Positions 28,823-37,480 of a stretch of 37,480 bases of DNA are shown here, piece after piece. The position numbers and the translations under genes are program-made. This DNA is from Verrucomicrobiota bacterium (lineage in GTDB: Bacteria > Verrucomicrobiota > Lentisphaeria > Lentisphaerales > Lentisphaeraceae): NCBI GenBank assembly GCA_039798785.1, contig JBDKFG010000056.1:1-37480 (forward strand). The letters are read 5' to 3'. The notes under the pieces are model-generated. The model ran no database searches, was not told where the DNA came from, and saw nothing but the letters and a program-made list of their open reading frames with translations. Numbering within the stretch: position 1 is the stretch's first letter; each line of letters opens with the position of its first letter.

Positions 28823-31800
28823 ATGGCAGAGAAAGATCAACAGCTCAGTCCTGGGATGACCGTCGGCACTTTCCGTCTGCAGAAGCTGCTGGGAGAAGGC
28901 GGAATGGGGGCGGTCTACCTGGCGGAAGACATCACCCTTTCCCGCCGGGTCGCCTTGAAGTTCATGCGCCGGGCCCTGCTGGCGCAGCAGGCCTCGCCGG
29001 CGGCGCGATCCAAGATCGAGGCCCGCTTCATCAGGGAAGCCCGCTCCGCCGCCGCCATCGCCCATCCCGCCATCGCCCAGATCTACACCGCGAACTTCGA
29101 CAGCAACGACTGGTACATCGCGATGGAGCTGGTCGACGGTGAAGCGCTGGACTCCCTGCTCAAATCCAAGGGCAATTTCCCTCCCTCCCAAGTCGCGCAG
29201 ATCCTCGCCGAGGCCTGCGAGGGCTTGTCGCTCGCCTGGGACTCGGCCAACATCATCCATCGCGACATCAAGCCGCAGAACATCATGCTGACCCAGAAGG
29301 GCGGACATGTCAAGATCGTCGACCTCGGCCTGGCCAAGCCGGTCGCCGAGTCGGACGAGGTCGACGACAATCATCTCGAAGTCACCGGCGCCGGCGTCCC
29401 CGTCGGCACTCCTTACTACATGGCGCCCGAGCAGGCCACCGGCGGCAAGGTCGATTTCCGGGCCGACATGTTCGCCCTGGGCGCCACCGTCTACGAGCTC
29501 CTCACTGGCAAGCGAGCCTTCCAAGCCCGCTCCCCCGCACTGATCTATGCGATGCAGACAGGCAAGGAATACCGCCGCCTGTCGGAGGCCTGCCCCGAGT
29601 GTCCGCCGCAGCTCGCCGCCATCATCGAACGGCTTCTCGAACCTGAAGCCTCCGCCCGCTACGCCTCCTACTCCGAACTTCTCGCCGATCTCAACCGCTT
29701 CCGCGGTGGCAACCAGGTCGCCATCCAGGACGCCGCCACCGTCGTCTTCGCCGGCCATGCCCATCTCGGTCTGAGCCAGACCGACGCCCTCACCTCGGTC
29801 GACATCTTCCTCCCCGTCGACCACAAGATCCTCGACCGATACCGCGTCCTGCAAGTCATCGGCCGCGGCAACACCGGCATCGTCTACAAATGCCTCGACA
29901 CCAAGCTCGAGAAAGAGTGCACGGTGAAGGCGATCATGGCCAACCGCGAGTATCCCGCCGAGACCTTCGCCCGGATCAAACGCAATTACCTCGAATTGGC
30001 CCGCCGCCGCCATCCCGCGCTGGTCGCCATCATTGACGTCGCCGAAGGCCGCGGCGGCGCCGAGCTCTACGTCGTGATGGAGCTGCTCCAGGGCCGCAAC
30101 CTGCTTTCCTGGATCCAGGAGAAGCAGCGAACCGGCGGCGGCGACCTGTCCCCCGCCGTCATCGCCCCCGTCTTCCATCGCATCGCCGACGCTGTCGACG
30201 CTCTCAACGCCAGCTTCTCCGCCATCCACGGCGACCTCAAGCCGGTGTCCATCTTCCTCACCGAGCAGGACACCCAGGTGCGCATCCTCGACTACGGAGT
30301 CACCTGGATGGACCCCTCCGAGGACAAGATCCGCGGCAGCGCCGAACCCTGGCGCTTCCCCACCGCCAACCCCGACTACATGGCGCCGGAACTCTGGCGC
30401 CACGATCCGCCCACCACCGGCGCCGACCTCTACTCCCTCGCCGTCATCACCTACGAGGCACTCGGCCGCAAGCTGCCCTTCTGGCTGCGCGAGTTCGAAC
30501 CCGACGGCAGCCATCGCGACGACTCCGCCTCGGTGATGCTCCGCGGCATGTTCGGTGCAGTCCAGGAGAAGTCGCCCGCCCCCCTCGGCCACCTCTCGCC
30601 GAAGGAGAACAAGGCCCTCCTGCAAGGCCTGGCCAAGACGGCGGAAGGCCGCTACCCAAACTGCCGCGCCTTCGCCCTCGCCCTCTTCGGCCAGAGCGGC
30701 GCCGGCGAACTCCCCCCCGCCTATCCCTCCTCCGGCGGCTATTCCCAGCCCCGCCCCAAAAGCTCCGGCAAGACCCTGCTGATCGCCGCCGCCATCCTTG
30801 CCGCCGGAGGCACCGCCACCGCCCTCCTGCTCAACCAGGCCGAATCCAAGAAGGAAGCCTCGCGCCTCCACCTCGAATGCCAGGATCTCAACGCCATCCT
30901 GAAGACCGCCGCCCTGCCCGTCCCTGAAGACCTGAGCGCTCTCGTGGCCAGCGCCGAAACGGCCTGGAAGGACGGCGACTGGAGTCTCGCCGCCGAACGC
31001 TATCGCGACGCCAAGAGCCGTCTCGAACAAGTCGCCGAGCAGCTCCTCAAGGACCTTCGCACCCGCATCAGCGAGCAGGACCAGGCCGTCCTGGTGGTCA
31101 GCAGCCAGCTCAACGAACGCCGGGAACTGCTCGCCCTCCGCAACAACAAGACTTTCGTCCCGGTCGAGCCCATCAAGGCGCCGGCCGACTCCTCGCCGGC
31201 CAGCCTCGCCCGCTTCCTCGAGCAGCGTGCCAAGCCCCTCGCCGAATGGCGCAAGGAGCTCCACGAGGGCATCAGCACCGAAGTCGCCGTCGCCATCGCC
31301 GAGATCAGCGGCAGACGCGAATCCCTCAACGCCCTGATCCGCCGCTTCGAAGGCGAAACCCTAGACCCGGAACTCCGGTCCCGGCTCGAAGCCCAGATGG
31401 CGGAAGCCTCGGGATCCCTCAACGAACGCCGCTATGCCAGCGCCTGGCGCGCCCTGCGCAAGGCCGAGGCCTCGGCCGAAGCCCTCAGAGCCAAGCTCAA
31501 CTCCGCCTACGATCCGCTGCTCGCCAAGACCCGCGAGAAACTCGCACCGCTGCGCCAGGAAGTCGCCGCCGGGATCTGGATGGACGAAGCGATGCGGAGC
31601 CGCCTCCCCAGCCCCTTCCAGCCCGGTGCCGACGCCAAGGAATCCCTGCAACGCGCCCAGACCGAGCTCAGCGCCCTCAGCGAGCTGAAAGCCGCCCAGG
31701 AGCGCCTTCTGCCGATGGTCCAGCGCGAAATCGAGACCTGCGTCTCGGAGACGGAAGCCGCCCGCAAGGCTCTCGCCGGAACTGAAAAGCTCCTCCCCGG

Positions 31801-32842
31801 CCTCGAAGCCTTCGACCTGGAATCGATCCGCCTCAATAGCCTCCCCTCCGGCGATCTCGCCAGCCTGCGCAACGGCTGGAAAGCCCAGCAGGGCAAAATC
31901 CGCAATCTCAGCGCCGCACTCGACAAGATCCTCGCCGCCGAAGTCGATGCGCTGATGGTCGGAGCCAGCGAAGCCGTCCAGAAAATCCTCCCCAGCCGCG
32001 ACATCTCCCCGGATCTGGCGATGAGCATCGACGAGTTGCAGATCCTCAGTTCCTCCGCCCGCAGCGCCCGCTCCGAAAACCAGCTCCGCAAAGCCTGCGA
32101 CGAGTTCCGCAAGGTGATCGCCGACGCCGCCGCCCTGCAAGCCAGGGCGGACGCCCTGTCGAAAGCAGTCCCCGGCAAGGACTACGCCGTGCCTCGGCTC
32201 GGAGCCAAGTTGGTCTGGATCCCCGAGATGAAGCTCTGGGCCGCCAGGACCGAGCTCAGCAACGGGGAATTCCGCCGCTTCCGCGCCGGACACCGCTCCA
32301 CCATCCTCGCAGCCGGCTCCCTCGACGGCGACCGCCAGCCCGTAATCCAGGTCACCGCGCGCGACGCTGAAGCCTTCTGCTCCTGGCTCACCCGCGTCGC
32401 CCAGCAGAACGGCGAAATCCCCAAGACCTGGCGCTACCGCCTCCCCAGCGCCGAGGAATGGCAGCAGCTCGCCAGCTGCGGCAAGGAAACCACCTATCCC
32501 TGGGGCGACGCCTTCTCGCCGCCGAAAGACACCAATTTCGGCAGCGAGGCCACCTTGGATCCCGGCGAAACCCTGGACCTCGAAGGCTACAAGGACCGCT
32601 TCCCTCTCACCGCTCCGGTCGACGCCGCCGGCATCGCCAACCCCTGGGGCCTGCTCGGCATGCCCGGCAACGTCTGGGAATGGACCAGCAGCTCCGAAGC
32701 CGGCAAGAACCAAGTCCTCGGCGGCTCCTGGATGAGCAACAACCGCGGCGAAACCCTGCTCAAGCCCAGCGGCAACCTCGCCCCCGCCGAAGCGAAGAAC
32801 GACAACATCGGCTTCCGCATCCTCCTGGCTCCCGTACCATGA
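28823..32842 (+). CDS. Tandem Ser/Thr kinase-domain protein (kinase, degenerate kinase, TM, helical/coiled-coil stalk, FGE-sulfatase-like domain)
   Basis: Domain 1: LGEGGMGAVY, VALK, HRDIKPQN, DLG, GTPYYMAPE. Domain 2: IGRGNTG, HGDLKPVS, DYG, PDYMAPE. TM TLLIAAAILAAGG. FGE motifs YRLPSAEEW, YPWG, NPWGL.GM.GNVWEW, GGSW, IGFR. Confidence 0.93.
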   Translation: MAEKDQQLSPGMTVGTFRLQKLLGEGGMGAVYLAEDITLSRRVALKFMRRALLAQQASPAARSKIEARFIREARSAAAIAHPAIAQIYTANFDSNDWYIAMELVDGEALDSLLKSKGNFPPSQVAQILAEACEGLSLAWDSANIIHRDIKPQNIMLTQKGGHVKIVDLGLAKPVAESDEVDDNHLEVTGAGVPVGTPYYMAPEQATGGKVDFRADMFALGATVYELLTGKRAFQARSPALIYAMQTGKEYRRLSEACPECPPQLAAIIERLLEPEASARYASYSELLADLNRFRGGNQVAIQDAATVVFAGHAHLGLSQTDALTSVDIFLPVDHKILDRYRVLQVIGRGNTGIVYKCLDTKLEKECTVKAIMANREYPAETFARIKRNYLELARRRHPALVAIIDVAEGRGGAELYVVMELLQGRNLLSWIQEKQRTGGGDLSPAVIAPVFHRIADAVDALNASFSAIHGDLKPVSIFLTEQDTQVRILDYGVTWMDPSEDKIRGSAEPWRFPTANPDYMAPELWRHDPPTTGADLYSLAVITYEALGRKLPFWLREFEPDGSHRDDSASVMLRGMFGAVQEKSPAPLGHLSPKENKALLQGLAKTAEGRYPNCRAFALALFGQSGAGELPPAYPSSGGYSQPRPKSSGKTLLIAAAILAAGGTATALLLNQAESKKEASRLHLECQDLNAILKTAALPVPEDLSALVASAETAWKDGDWSLAAERYRDAKSRLEQVAEQLLKDLRTRISEQDQAVLVVSSQLNERRELLALRNNKTFVPVEPIKAPADSSPASLARFLEQRAKPLAEWRKELHEGISTEVAVAIAEISGRRESLNALIRRFEGETLDPELRSRLEAQMAEASGSLNERRYASAWRALRKAEASAEALRAKLNSAYDPLLAKTREKLAPLRQEVAAGIWMDEAMRSRLPSPFQPGADAKESLQRAQTELSALSELKAAQERLLPMVQREIETCVSETEAARKALAGTEKLLPGLEAFDLESIRLNSLPSGDLASLRNGWKAQQGKIRNLSAALDKILAAEVDALMVGASEAVQKILPSRDISPDLAMSIDELQILSSSARSARSENQLRKACDEFRKVIADAAALQARADALSKAVPGKDYAVPRLGAKLVWIPEMKLWAARTELSNGEFRRFRAGHRSTILAAGSLDGDRQPVIQVTARDAEAFCSWLTRVAQQNGEIPKTWRYRLPSAEEWQQLASCGKETTYPWGDAFSPPKDTNFGSEATLDPGETLDLEGYKDRFPLTAPVDAAGIANPWGLLGMPGNVWEWTSSSEAGKNQVLGGSWMSNNRGETLLKPSGNLAPAEAKNDNIGFRILLAPVP

Positions 32843-33492
32843 TCGCCGCAAGCCTAGTCGCCGCCTGGCTCTCCTTGACTCCCGACGAGATCGACCGGGT
32901 CAACGAACAGTTCCGCCTGATCGAAGCCCGCACCGAAGCCACAATCAGCGTCCCCCAGGGAAAGCCCGCTGTCGCCGCCGCAGGCCACCCGGTCCGCCTC
33001 ATCGTCCGGCTGAAGAACGGCGGTGATGCCCCCCTCAAGTTCGATGCCGGCATGCTCAGAATCCTCCGCGACGGCCTCGGAGGCGGCAAGGAACTCGAGC
33101 TCAAACCGCTCTTCGAACGGGACGACAGCTCGCTGCGCGCCCGACTCGAGGCGCGCCAGAACCTCCTCGAACGCCTGAAGGTGATCAGCGATGACGAGAG
33201 CGGGGAATTCCTTCTCCTCAATTTCCCTCAGCTGCCGCGCGCCGAACGCAGCCGCGAACGGGCCCGTATGTGGCTGGAAAAGGAGATCGAGGCCCTGTCG
33301 ACGGACCTCAAAACCCTGGCGGCCTGGAAGAGCACCGGCTCCATTCCTGCCGGCGGCTGCCTCGAACTCGCCTTCAAGAGCAGCCTGCCTCCGGGTTTCG
33401 ATCAGAACGTCGCCGAATGCCGCCTCACCCTCCGCCTCAATGCACCCACCGGCCTCATCCTCAACCTTCCCGCCGAAGCCAAGGTGGAGTGA
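32839..33492 (+). CDS. Hypothetical exported protein, translationally coupled to the kinase-FGE gene
   Basis: ATGA overlap; hydrophobic N-terminus MIAASLVAAWLSL; Ig-like VRLIVRLKNGG segment. Confidence 0.6.
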   Translation: MIAASLVAAWLSLTPDEIDRVNEQFRLIEARTEATISVPQGKPAVAAAGHPVRLIVRLKNGGDAPLKFDAGMLRILRDGLGGGKELELKPLFERDDSSLRARLEARQNLLERLKVISDDESGEFLLLNFPQLPRAERSRERARMWLEKEIEALSTDLKTLAAWKSTGSIPAGGCLELAFKSSLPPGFDQNVAECRLTLRLNAPTGLILNLPAEAKVE

Positions 33493-33633
33493 AGCCGATA
33501 AACTGCACTGGCTGAGCCCAGAAATGCCCGCCAAATTTCAGGGATGGATTGAAATGCTGAACGATGACTTGCAGCGGCCGCTATTTCTGGCCTTGCGTCA
33601 CACCGAATCGAGCTTGAACTGAGACGCATTCAA

Positions 33634-34059
33634 CCTGGATTCCGAAGCTGAGCTTGGGCTCAGCTCGGGAATCCGATTCAAGATTCAAAATTCAACAGAA
33701 CGCGAACAAAATCAAAGATTTAACATTCAAGATGTTTTCCAGGGGGAATCGGGGAGTCAATGCACCCCATTCTGCCCAGCTCCCTAACTCCCTTGGAAAA
33801 GTCCCAAGGACGCATGTTTTCGGGACTTGCACAGCTCAACCTGAAAACCGCTGTGAGCAATAGAACCGGGTTGAAAGTTGAAACGCAAGGCATTGAACAA
33901 CAAAAGTCAGCGACTATTTGACGCGGACTGAAGAGCTTTCCCATTAGAGGTCATTCCGACGAACCATCGAATGAGCTGAGTTCTTGCTGTTGCAGCTAAT
34001 CCTTTCAACCCGGTTCCATTCCGCTGCTGCGGAATTTAGGTTCAACTGCGGTTTTTAGG
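33634..34059. mobile_element. Nested non-autonomous element(s) (MITE-like) with IS1380-type CCT(G/A)... terminal inverted repeats
   Basis: Left-facing ends at 33634 (CCTGGATTCCGAAGCTG) and 33840 (CCTGAAAACCGCTG). Right-facing ends finishing at 34040 and 34059 (reverse complements CCTAAATTCCGCAGCAG and CCTAAAAACCGCAGTTG). TTCAA flanks 33634-34040 on both sides. A perfect 15-bp inverted repeat lies at 33863-33877 and 34002-34016. Confidence 0.7.
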
Positions 34060-34137
34060 CTCATCCTGCCCGCGTGCTCGTAATTTTGTTTTCGCGAAGA
34101 TGGCGGAGCGCTCCTCATAAAGAGCCTTGCGTTCACG

Positions 34138-34336
34138 CGTATCCATGACAATCATTTTTGATCTTCGCTCCTGCTGCTCGACCCCATGCGGGTCGCACAT
34201 GGTAGCCCAGGGTCGCCTCGACCCTGGGTATGAGGCAAAAATGAGTTCCGACCCCTTGTGGGTCGCACAGTCTTCGACTGGGCGCTGTGCGACCCGATGC
34301 GGGTCGGTGAACCAGGGAGATCTCCAACCCAGGGTT
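34138..34336. repeat. REP/BIME-like palindrome cluster, including copy 2 of the 66-bp repeat
   Basis: CGACCC-N5-GGGTCG three times (about 34179, 34249, 34290), a perfect hairpin CCCAGGGTCG-CCT-CGACCCTGGG (34206-34228), and ACCCAGGGTT. Confidence 0.75.
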
Positions 34337-34380
34337 CTCTTCGGTGTTACGCAGCCCTTGTTTGAAGGCGCCGCCGCGGC

Positions 34381-35052
34381 TCAATCTCCGGCGGCCCAAT
34401 CCTGCTGGGATTGGCTGATGCCGGAGACAAGCTTCATGGCCACCAGATTCAGGAATAGGCCATTGGCATAATTCAGGATATCCAGGCTCGTCGTACTTGC
34501 ATCGTCAGTCACAATTATCGTAGCGAAAATGGCAAAGATGATGAGCCAGCTCAGGAGCCATAGTCCCCACCAGGCTGAGAGAAGCCCAGGAACTGGAACC
34601 TTCTTCCAGTCCCCGGGCTGATGGCTGGCCTGCCAGAGCTCGTGCATCGCCTGGTAGGGCTTCCAGAAATTGAACACAGGGATGAAGTACCAGGCGAGCA
34701 CCCATCCCGGCGTGAATTGCAATTCCGCGGCTCCCAGCGCCCGCAGGTTGCGGTGGGCACGATGCAGCCAGACGATGAAGACATAGGTGGTGACAAGTCC
34801 GACGCCAGCTTGTAATGAGCTTAAAAGCATCACGGGTAAGCTGATTTCCATTTCCTCCCAATCCGGATCTTCAGGCTGGAACTGGGACGGATCAATCAGC
34901 GCCAGCAGCAGCGTCAGCAAGGAGATGAGGCCGCCCATTCCGAGAAGCACCAGGAGAAGACGCTTGAGGCCGCGCATGTCTTGGTAGCTGCCTTGTTCGC
35001 TGACGGTCGCTTGCCTCGCGACGGCATAGGGGGCGTCTGGCTTCATCTTCAC
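34381..35052 (-). CDS. DUF4328 family membrane protein
   Basis: WLHRAHRNL, TPGW...WYFIP.FNFWKPYQ.M.ELW and WW.LW motifs. GTGA overlap with the upstream gene. Confidence 0.85.
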   Translation of the reverse strand: MKMKPDAPYAVARQATVSEQGSYQDMRGLKRLLLVLLGMGGLISLLTLLLALIDPSQFQPEDPDWEEMEISLPVMLLSSLQAGVGLVTTYVFIVWLHRAHRNLRALGAAELQFTPGWVLAWYFIPVFNFWKPYQAMHELWQASHQPGDWKKVPVPGLLSAWWGLWLLSWLIIFAIFATIIVTDDASTTSLDILNYANGLFLNLVAMKLVSGISQSQQDWAAGD

Positions 35053-35582
35053 TCCGGGCTGATGCTGAGTTGGTAGCCGTAGCGGTGGTGGGTGATGGTG
35101 ATTTCACTGCTCCAGGGATCGTCTCCGCTCTGCTCCAGGGTCAGCAGCGCTTGACCGCTGGAATCGCGGAGGACGCGGCATCCGGGAGATTTTCCCTCCC
35201 AGGCGAATGCGGCCGGCGCAAAGGCGAGGCAGAAGTCGGCGAGGATGCCGCGGGGATCGCCGGCGAAAGGCACGGCAGGATGGGGCAGGAAGCGCAAGCT
35301 CGAGCCGTCCCAGGTGAGGACAAAGGCTTCTTCGCCGAGGGGAGTGAGGCCGACGATGGTGAGCTCTTGCTCGGTAATTTCGACCCGGGCGTGGAACTCG
35401 GCTTCTTGGCCGTCGCGATGAAAAACCAGGAGCTGCCCGAGGTCGCGCTGGCCGAAGGCGGCGGGGGCGGCTGGAATCAAGCTCAGACCGCCATCGAGGC
35501 GGAGAGAGGAAATGGGCTCTCCCCGGCGCCAGTCGTGGGCGCAGGAGCTGAGGAGGACCAGGATCAGGATCAACGCGCGCAT
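35049..35582 (-). CDS. DUF3261-like lipoprotein
   Basis: Lipobox LSSC; QLL, L.IVGLTPLG..F.L.WDG, P..ILAD, I.I.H....YQL.I pattern. Follows an FAD oxidoreductase, as in aryl-polyene-type clusters. Confidence 0.7.
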   Translation of the reverse strand: MRALILILVLLSSCAHDWRRGEPISSLRLDGGLSLIPAAPAAFGQRDLGQLLVFHRDGQEAEFHARVEITEQELTIVGLTPLGEEAFVLTWDGSSLRFLPHPAVPFAGDPRGILADFCLAFAPAAFAWEGKSPGCRVLRDSSGQALLTLEQSGDDPWSSEITITHHRYGYQLSISPE

Positions 35583-36793
35583 AAGGCGGCCAGGGCCTTG
35601 ACGCTGCGCTGGTGCTCGAGGACGAAGGGGTTGCTCTTGTCCCAGACGTAGCCGGCAAGGATGGCATTGATGCGGCGGCGGATCTCGGCGTCCTGGCGTT
35701 GGGTGAAAATCACGTCCTGAAGCAGGCCGGAGTACCATGTGGTGACGAAAGTTCGGAAGCACTCGACCCCGGGAAGAAGTTCGCCGGCGTAATCCTGGCC
35801 CCAGTCAACCTTCTCGCCACGCAGTTCGCGCTCGGCGCAAGTCGCGGCGAGGGTGGCGGACTTGAGGGCGATGGTGACGCCGCTGGAGAAGATCGGATCG
35901 AGGAATTCGGCGGCATTGCCGAGGAGGGCGAAACCAGGGCCATGCAGCCTCTTCACCGAGGCGGAATAACCCGAAAGCTCCCGCGGAGGAAAGAGCATGT
36001 CGCAGTTTTTCAGGCGTCGGCTGAGGTGGGGGTGTGAAGCGACATAATGCTTCAAAGCTGCCTGCGGATCAGACGGCAGCTTCGACCAGTACTCGGGATC
36101 GGCGACTAGACCGCAGCTGAAGCGCTGGCGCGACAGAGGAATCCCCCAGAACCAGGTCGACACCTGCCGATCGTCGATGCCGACCGCGATGTGCTCGAGC
36201 TCCTCCTCGGTCTCGTCGCGCGGGCCACCGAAATGCGTGAAGACGGCACGGCGCGGATCGAGCGCGGAGGGGCGGTCGAGTCCGGCGAGGCGCGGCAGAA
36301 CCCGGCCGTAGCCGCTGGCATCGAGGACGATGCGGGGGCGGAGCTGCGATTCGCGGCCCGCGGCATCGCGGATGTCGAGGCGCGGCCCTTCGGGATGAGC
36401 GAGATCGGCGGCGATCACTTCGCAGCGCCAGCGGATGGGGACGCCCATGGCTTCGACGCCGCGGGCAAGGGAATGATCGAATTCGGCCCGGGGCACCTGC
36501 CAGGTCCAGGTGAATTCCCCGCCGTGGATGTCTGAAAAGTCGACGGTGGCGGTCTCGCCTTTCCAGACGAAGATGGCGCCGCGTTTGCGCTGGAAGCCGC
36601 AGGCTTCGGCGTAGGGAAGCAGGCCGGCGTCCTTCAGGAAGACCATCGACTGCGGCAGCAGCGATTCACCGATGACGAAACGGGGAAAGACCTCTTTCTC
36701 AAGGACCAGGATGCTGCGCCCGGCTCGGTGAAGGCGCGCGGCGGCGACGCAACCTGCCGGGCCGGCGCCGATGACAACGACTTCGGGTTCCAT
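35570..36793 (-). CDS. NAD(P)/FAD-dependent oxidoreductase (flavin halogenase/geranylgeranyl-reductase superfamily)
   Basis: VIGAGPAG, FPRFVIGESLLP, QVPRAEFD, DASGYGRVLPR, WFWGIP, LGNAAEFLDPIFSSGVTIA and ILAGYVWD..NPFV motifs. Confidence 0.9.
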   Translation of the reverse strand: MEPEVVVIGAGPAGCVAAARLHRAGRSILVLEKEVFPRFVIGESLLPQSMVFLKDAGLLPYAEACGFQRKRGAIFVWKGETATVDFSDIHGGEFTWTWQVPRAEFDHSLARGVEAMGVPIRWRCEVIAADLAHPEGPRLDIRDAAGRESQLRPRIVLDASGYGRVLPRLAGLDRPSALDPRRAVFTHFGGPRDETEEELEHIAVGIDDRQVSTWFWGIPLSRQRFSCGLVADPEYWSKLPSDPQAALKHYVASHPHLSRRLKNCDMLFPPRELSGYSASVKRLHGPGFALLGNAAEFLDPIFSSGVTIALKSATLAATCAERELRGEKVDWGQDYAGELLPGVECFRTFVTTWYSGLLQDVIFTQRQDAEIRRRINAILAGYVWDKSNPFVLEHQRSVKALAALCAR

Positions 36794-36801
36794 AAGCCCA
36801 C

Positions 36802-37215
36802 TCAGGATTTGTTGCGAAGCCCGCTGACCAAGATGCAAGGACCGTCGGCGATGACCGTGAGTCCGGCGGCCCGAGCCTCGGCAATCGCTTCCGGATGCTC
36901 AGAACCGGGCTGGAACCAGAGCGCTTTCACCCCCAGCTCGATGGCGTCGCGGACGACTTTCTGGGAAACCTGCGGCGGTGTCACCAGAGAAACTCCATGC
37001 GGCACTTCCGGGCAGGCCTGAAGAAAGGGATAGGCAGGCAGCCCTTCGATTTCGCTCTGCGCCGGATTGAGCGGCATCACCCGCCAGTGCCTCTCCATGT
37101 ACCAGCGCAGGGTGATGTTGCCGTATTTGTCGCGGTTGCTGGAGGCGCCTGCGACGGCGTAGAGCTGCCCGGCGAAGAAGTTTTTGCGCAAGGTGTCGAA
37201 ATCGTTCTCGGACAT
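36802..37215 (-). CDS. CoA-binding protein (YccU-like)
   Basis: AVAGAS.NR.KYG, PLNP...IEG...Y, WFQPGSE and GPCIL motifs. AGGAG RBS before ATG 37215. Confidence 0.88.
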   Translation of the reverse strand: MSENDFDTLRKNFFAGQLYAVAGASSNRDKYGNITLRWYMERHWRVMPLNPAQSEIEGLPAYPFLQACPEVPHGVSLVTPPQVSQKVVRDAIELGVKALWFQPGSEHPEAIAEARAAGLTVIADGPCILVSGLRNKS

Positions 37216-37480
37216 GGGATCTCCTAGGGTTTTCCGGCAAGCTAATTCTTGCGCGATGATTTCCCAGCTCGAGACCGGCGAATCGCCGTAGCCGTGGGCC
37301 GGCGAAGAAGCCCGCCCCCCAACTCCCTCATTCCTGCCTCCCTGAAAAGCAGCTTCAATCAATGCATCTCAGGCTCATTTCGGTTTCTTTACACCTTTCT
37401 GCGCAAGACTGTCTTCCATTAGGCAATCTCCCGGGCAGCGGATTTGGTGGTGGAAGATGGGGTCAGGCGCAGTGATGGCG

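Noticed and set aside
32190..32842. FGE/C-type-lectin domain as a diversity-generating retroelement target
   Set aside because: No template-repeat copy with adenine-specific mismatches and no reverse transcriptase in the window.
33493..33622. Short open frame (…KLHWLSPEMPAKFQGWIEMLND…) as a transposase C-terminal remnant
   Set aside because: Too short, with no diagnostic motif. It needs a tBLASTn/BLASTx check.
33859..34020. AATAGAACCGGGTTGAAAG resembling a CRISPR repeat end
   Set aside because: Only two copies, in inverted orientation; better explained as part of the MITE terminal inverted repeats.
37375..37480. Possible 3' end of a minus-strand gene (…AITAPDPIFHHQIRCPGDCLMEDSLAQKGVKKPK*)
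   Set aside because: Only 34 codons are visible at the window edge, with no recognisable motif.

Overview
High-GC bacterial chromosomal segment, probably PVC superphylum and Lentisphaerae-like. That assignment is inferred from the gene families: prenyltransferase-repeat proteins, an H-X9-DG-like protein, Ser/Thr kinase-FGE fusions and a XylR-type regulator. The left end is housekeeping: sucD (truncated by the window, with a histone-like PAKKAAA repeat tail), sucC, cysH, rpmE, prfA and an RNase P RNA that appears to lack helix P18. Next come a XylR-type regulator and a tandem array of four secreted prenyltransferase/squalene-cyclase-repeat genes (five domains) sharing an APDAAPLSP motif, then DUF423, MGMT and a sialate O-acetylesterase. 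A four-gene signalling operon follows: TonB-dependent receptor, YfiR/coiled-coil hybrid kinase, REC-kinase and Hpt. Further right are an apparently inactive rhomboid, a divergent pair of tandem kinase/pseudokinase genes with mirror-image domain order, a cluster of nested IS1380-like ends and REP-like palindromes, and scattered aryl-polyene-cluster-type genes. No CRISPR array, tRNA, rRNA or intact transposase was seen. All calls come from reading motifs by eye; no database searches were run.
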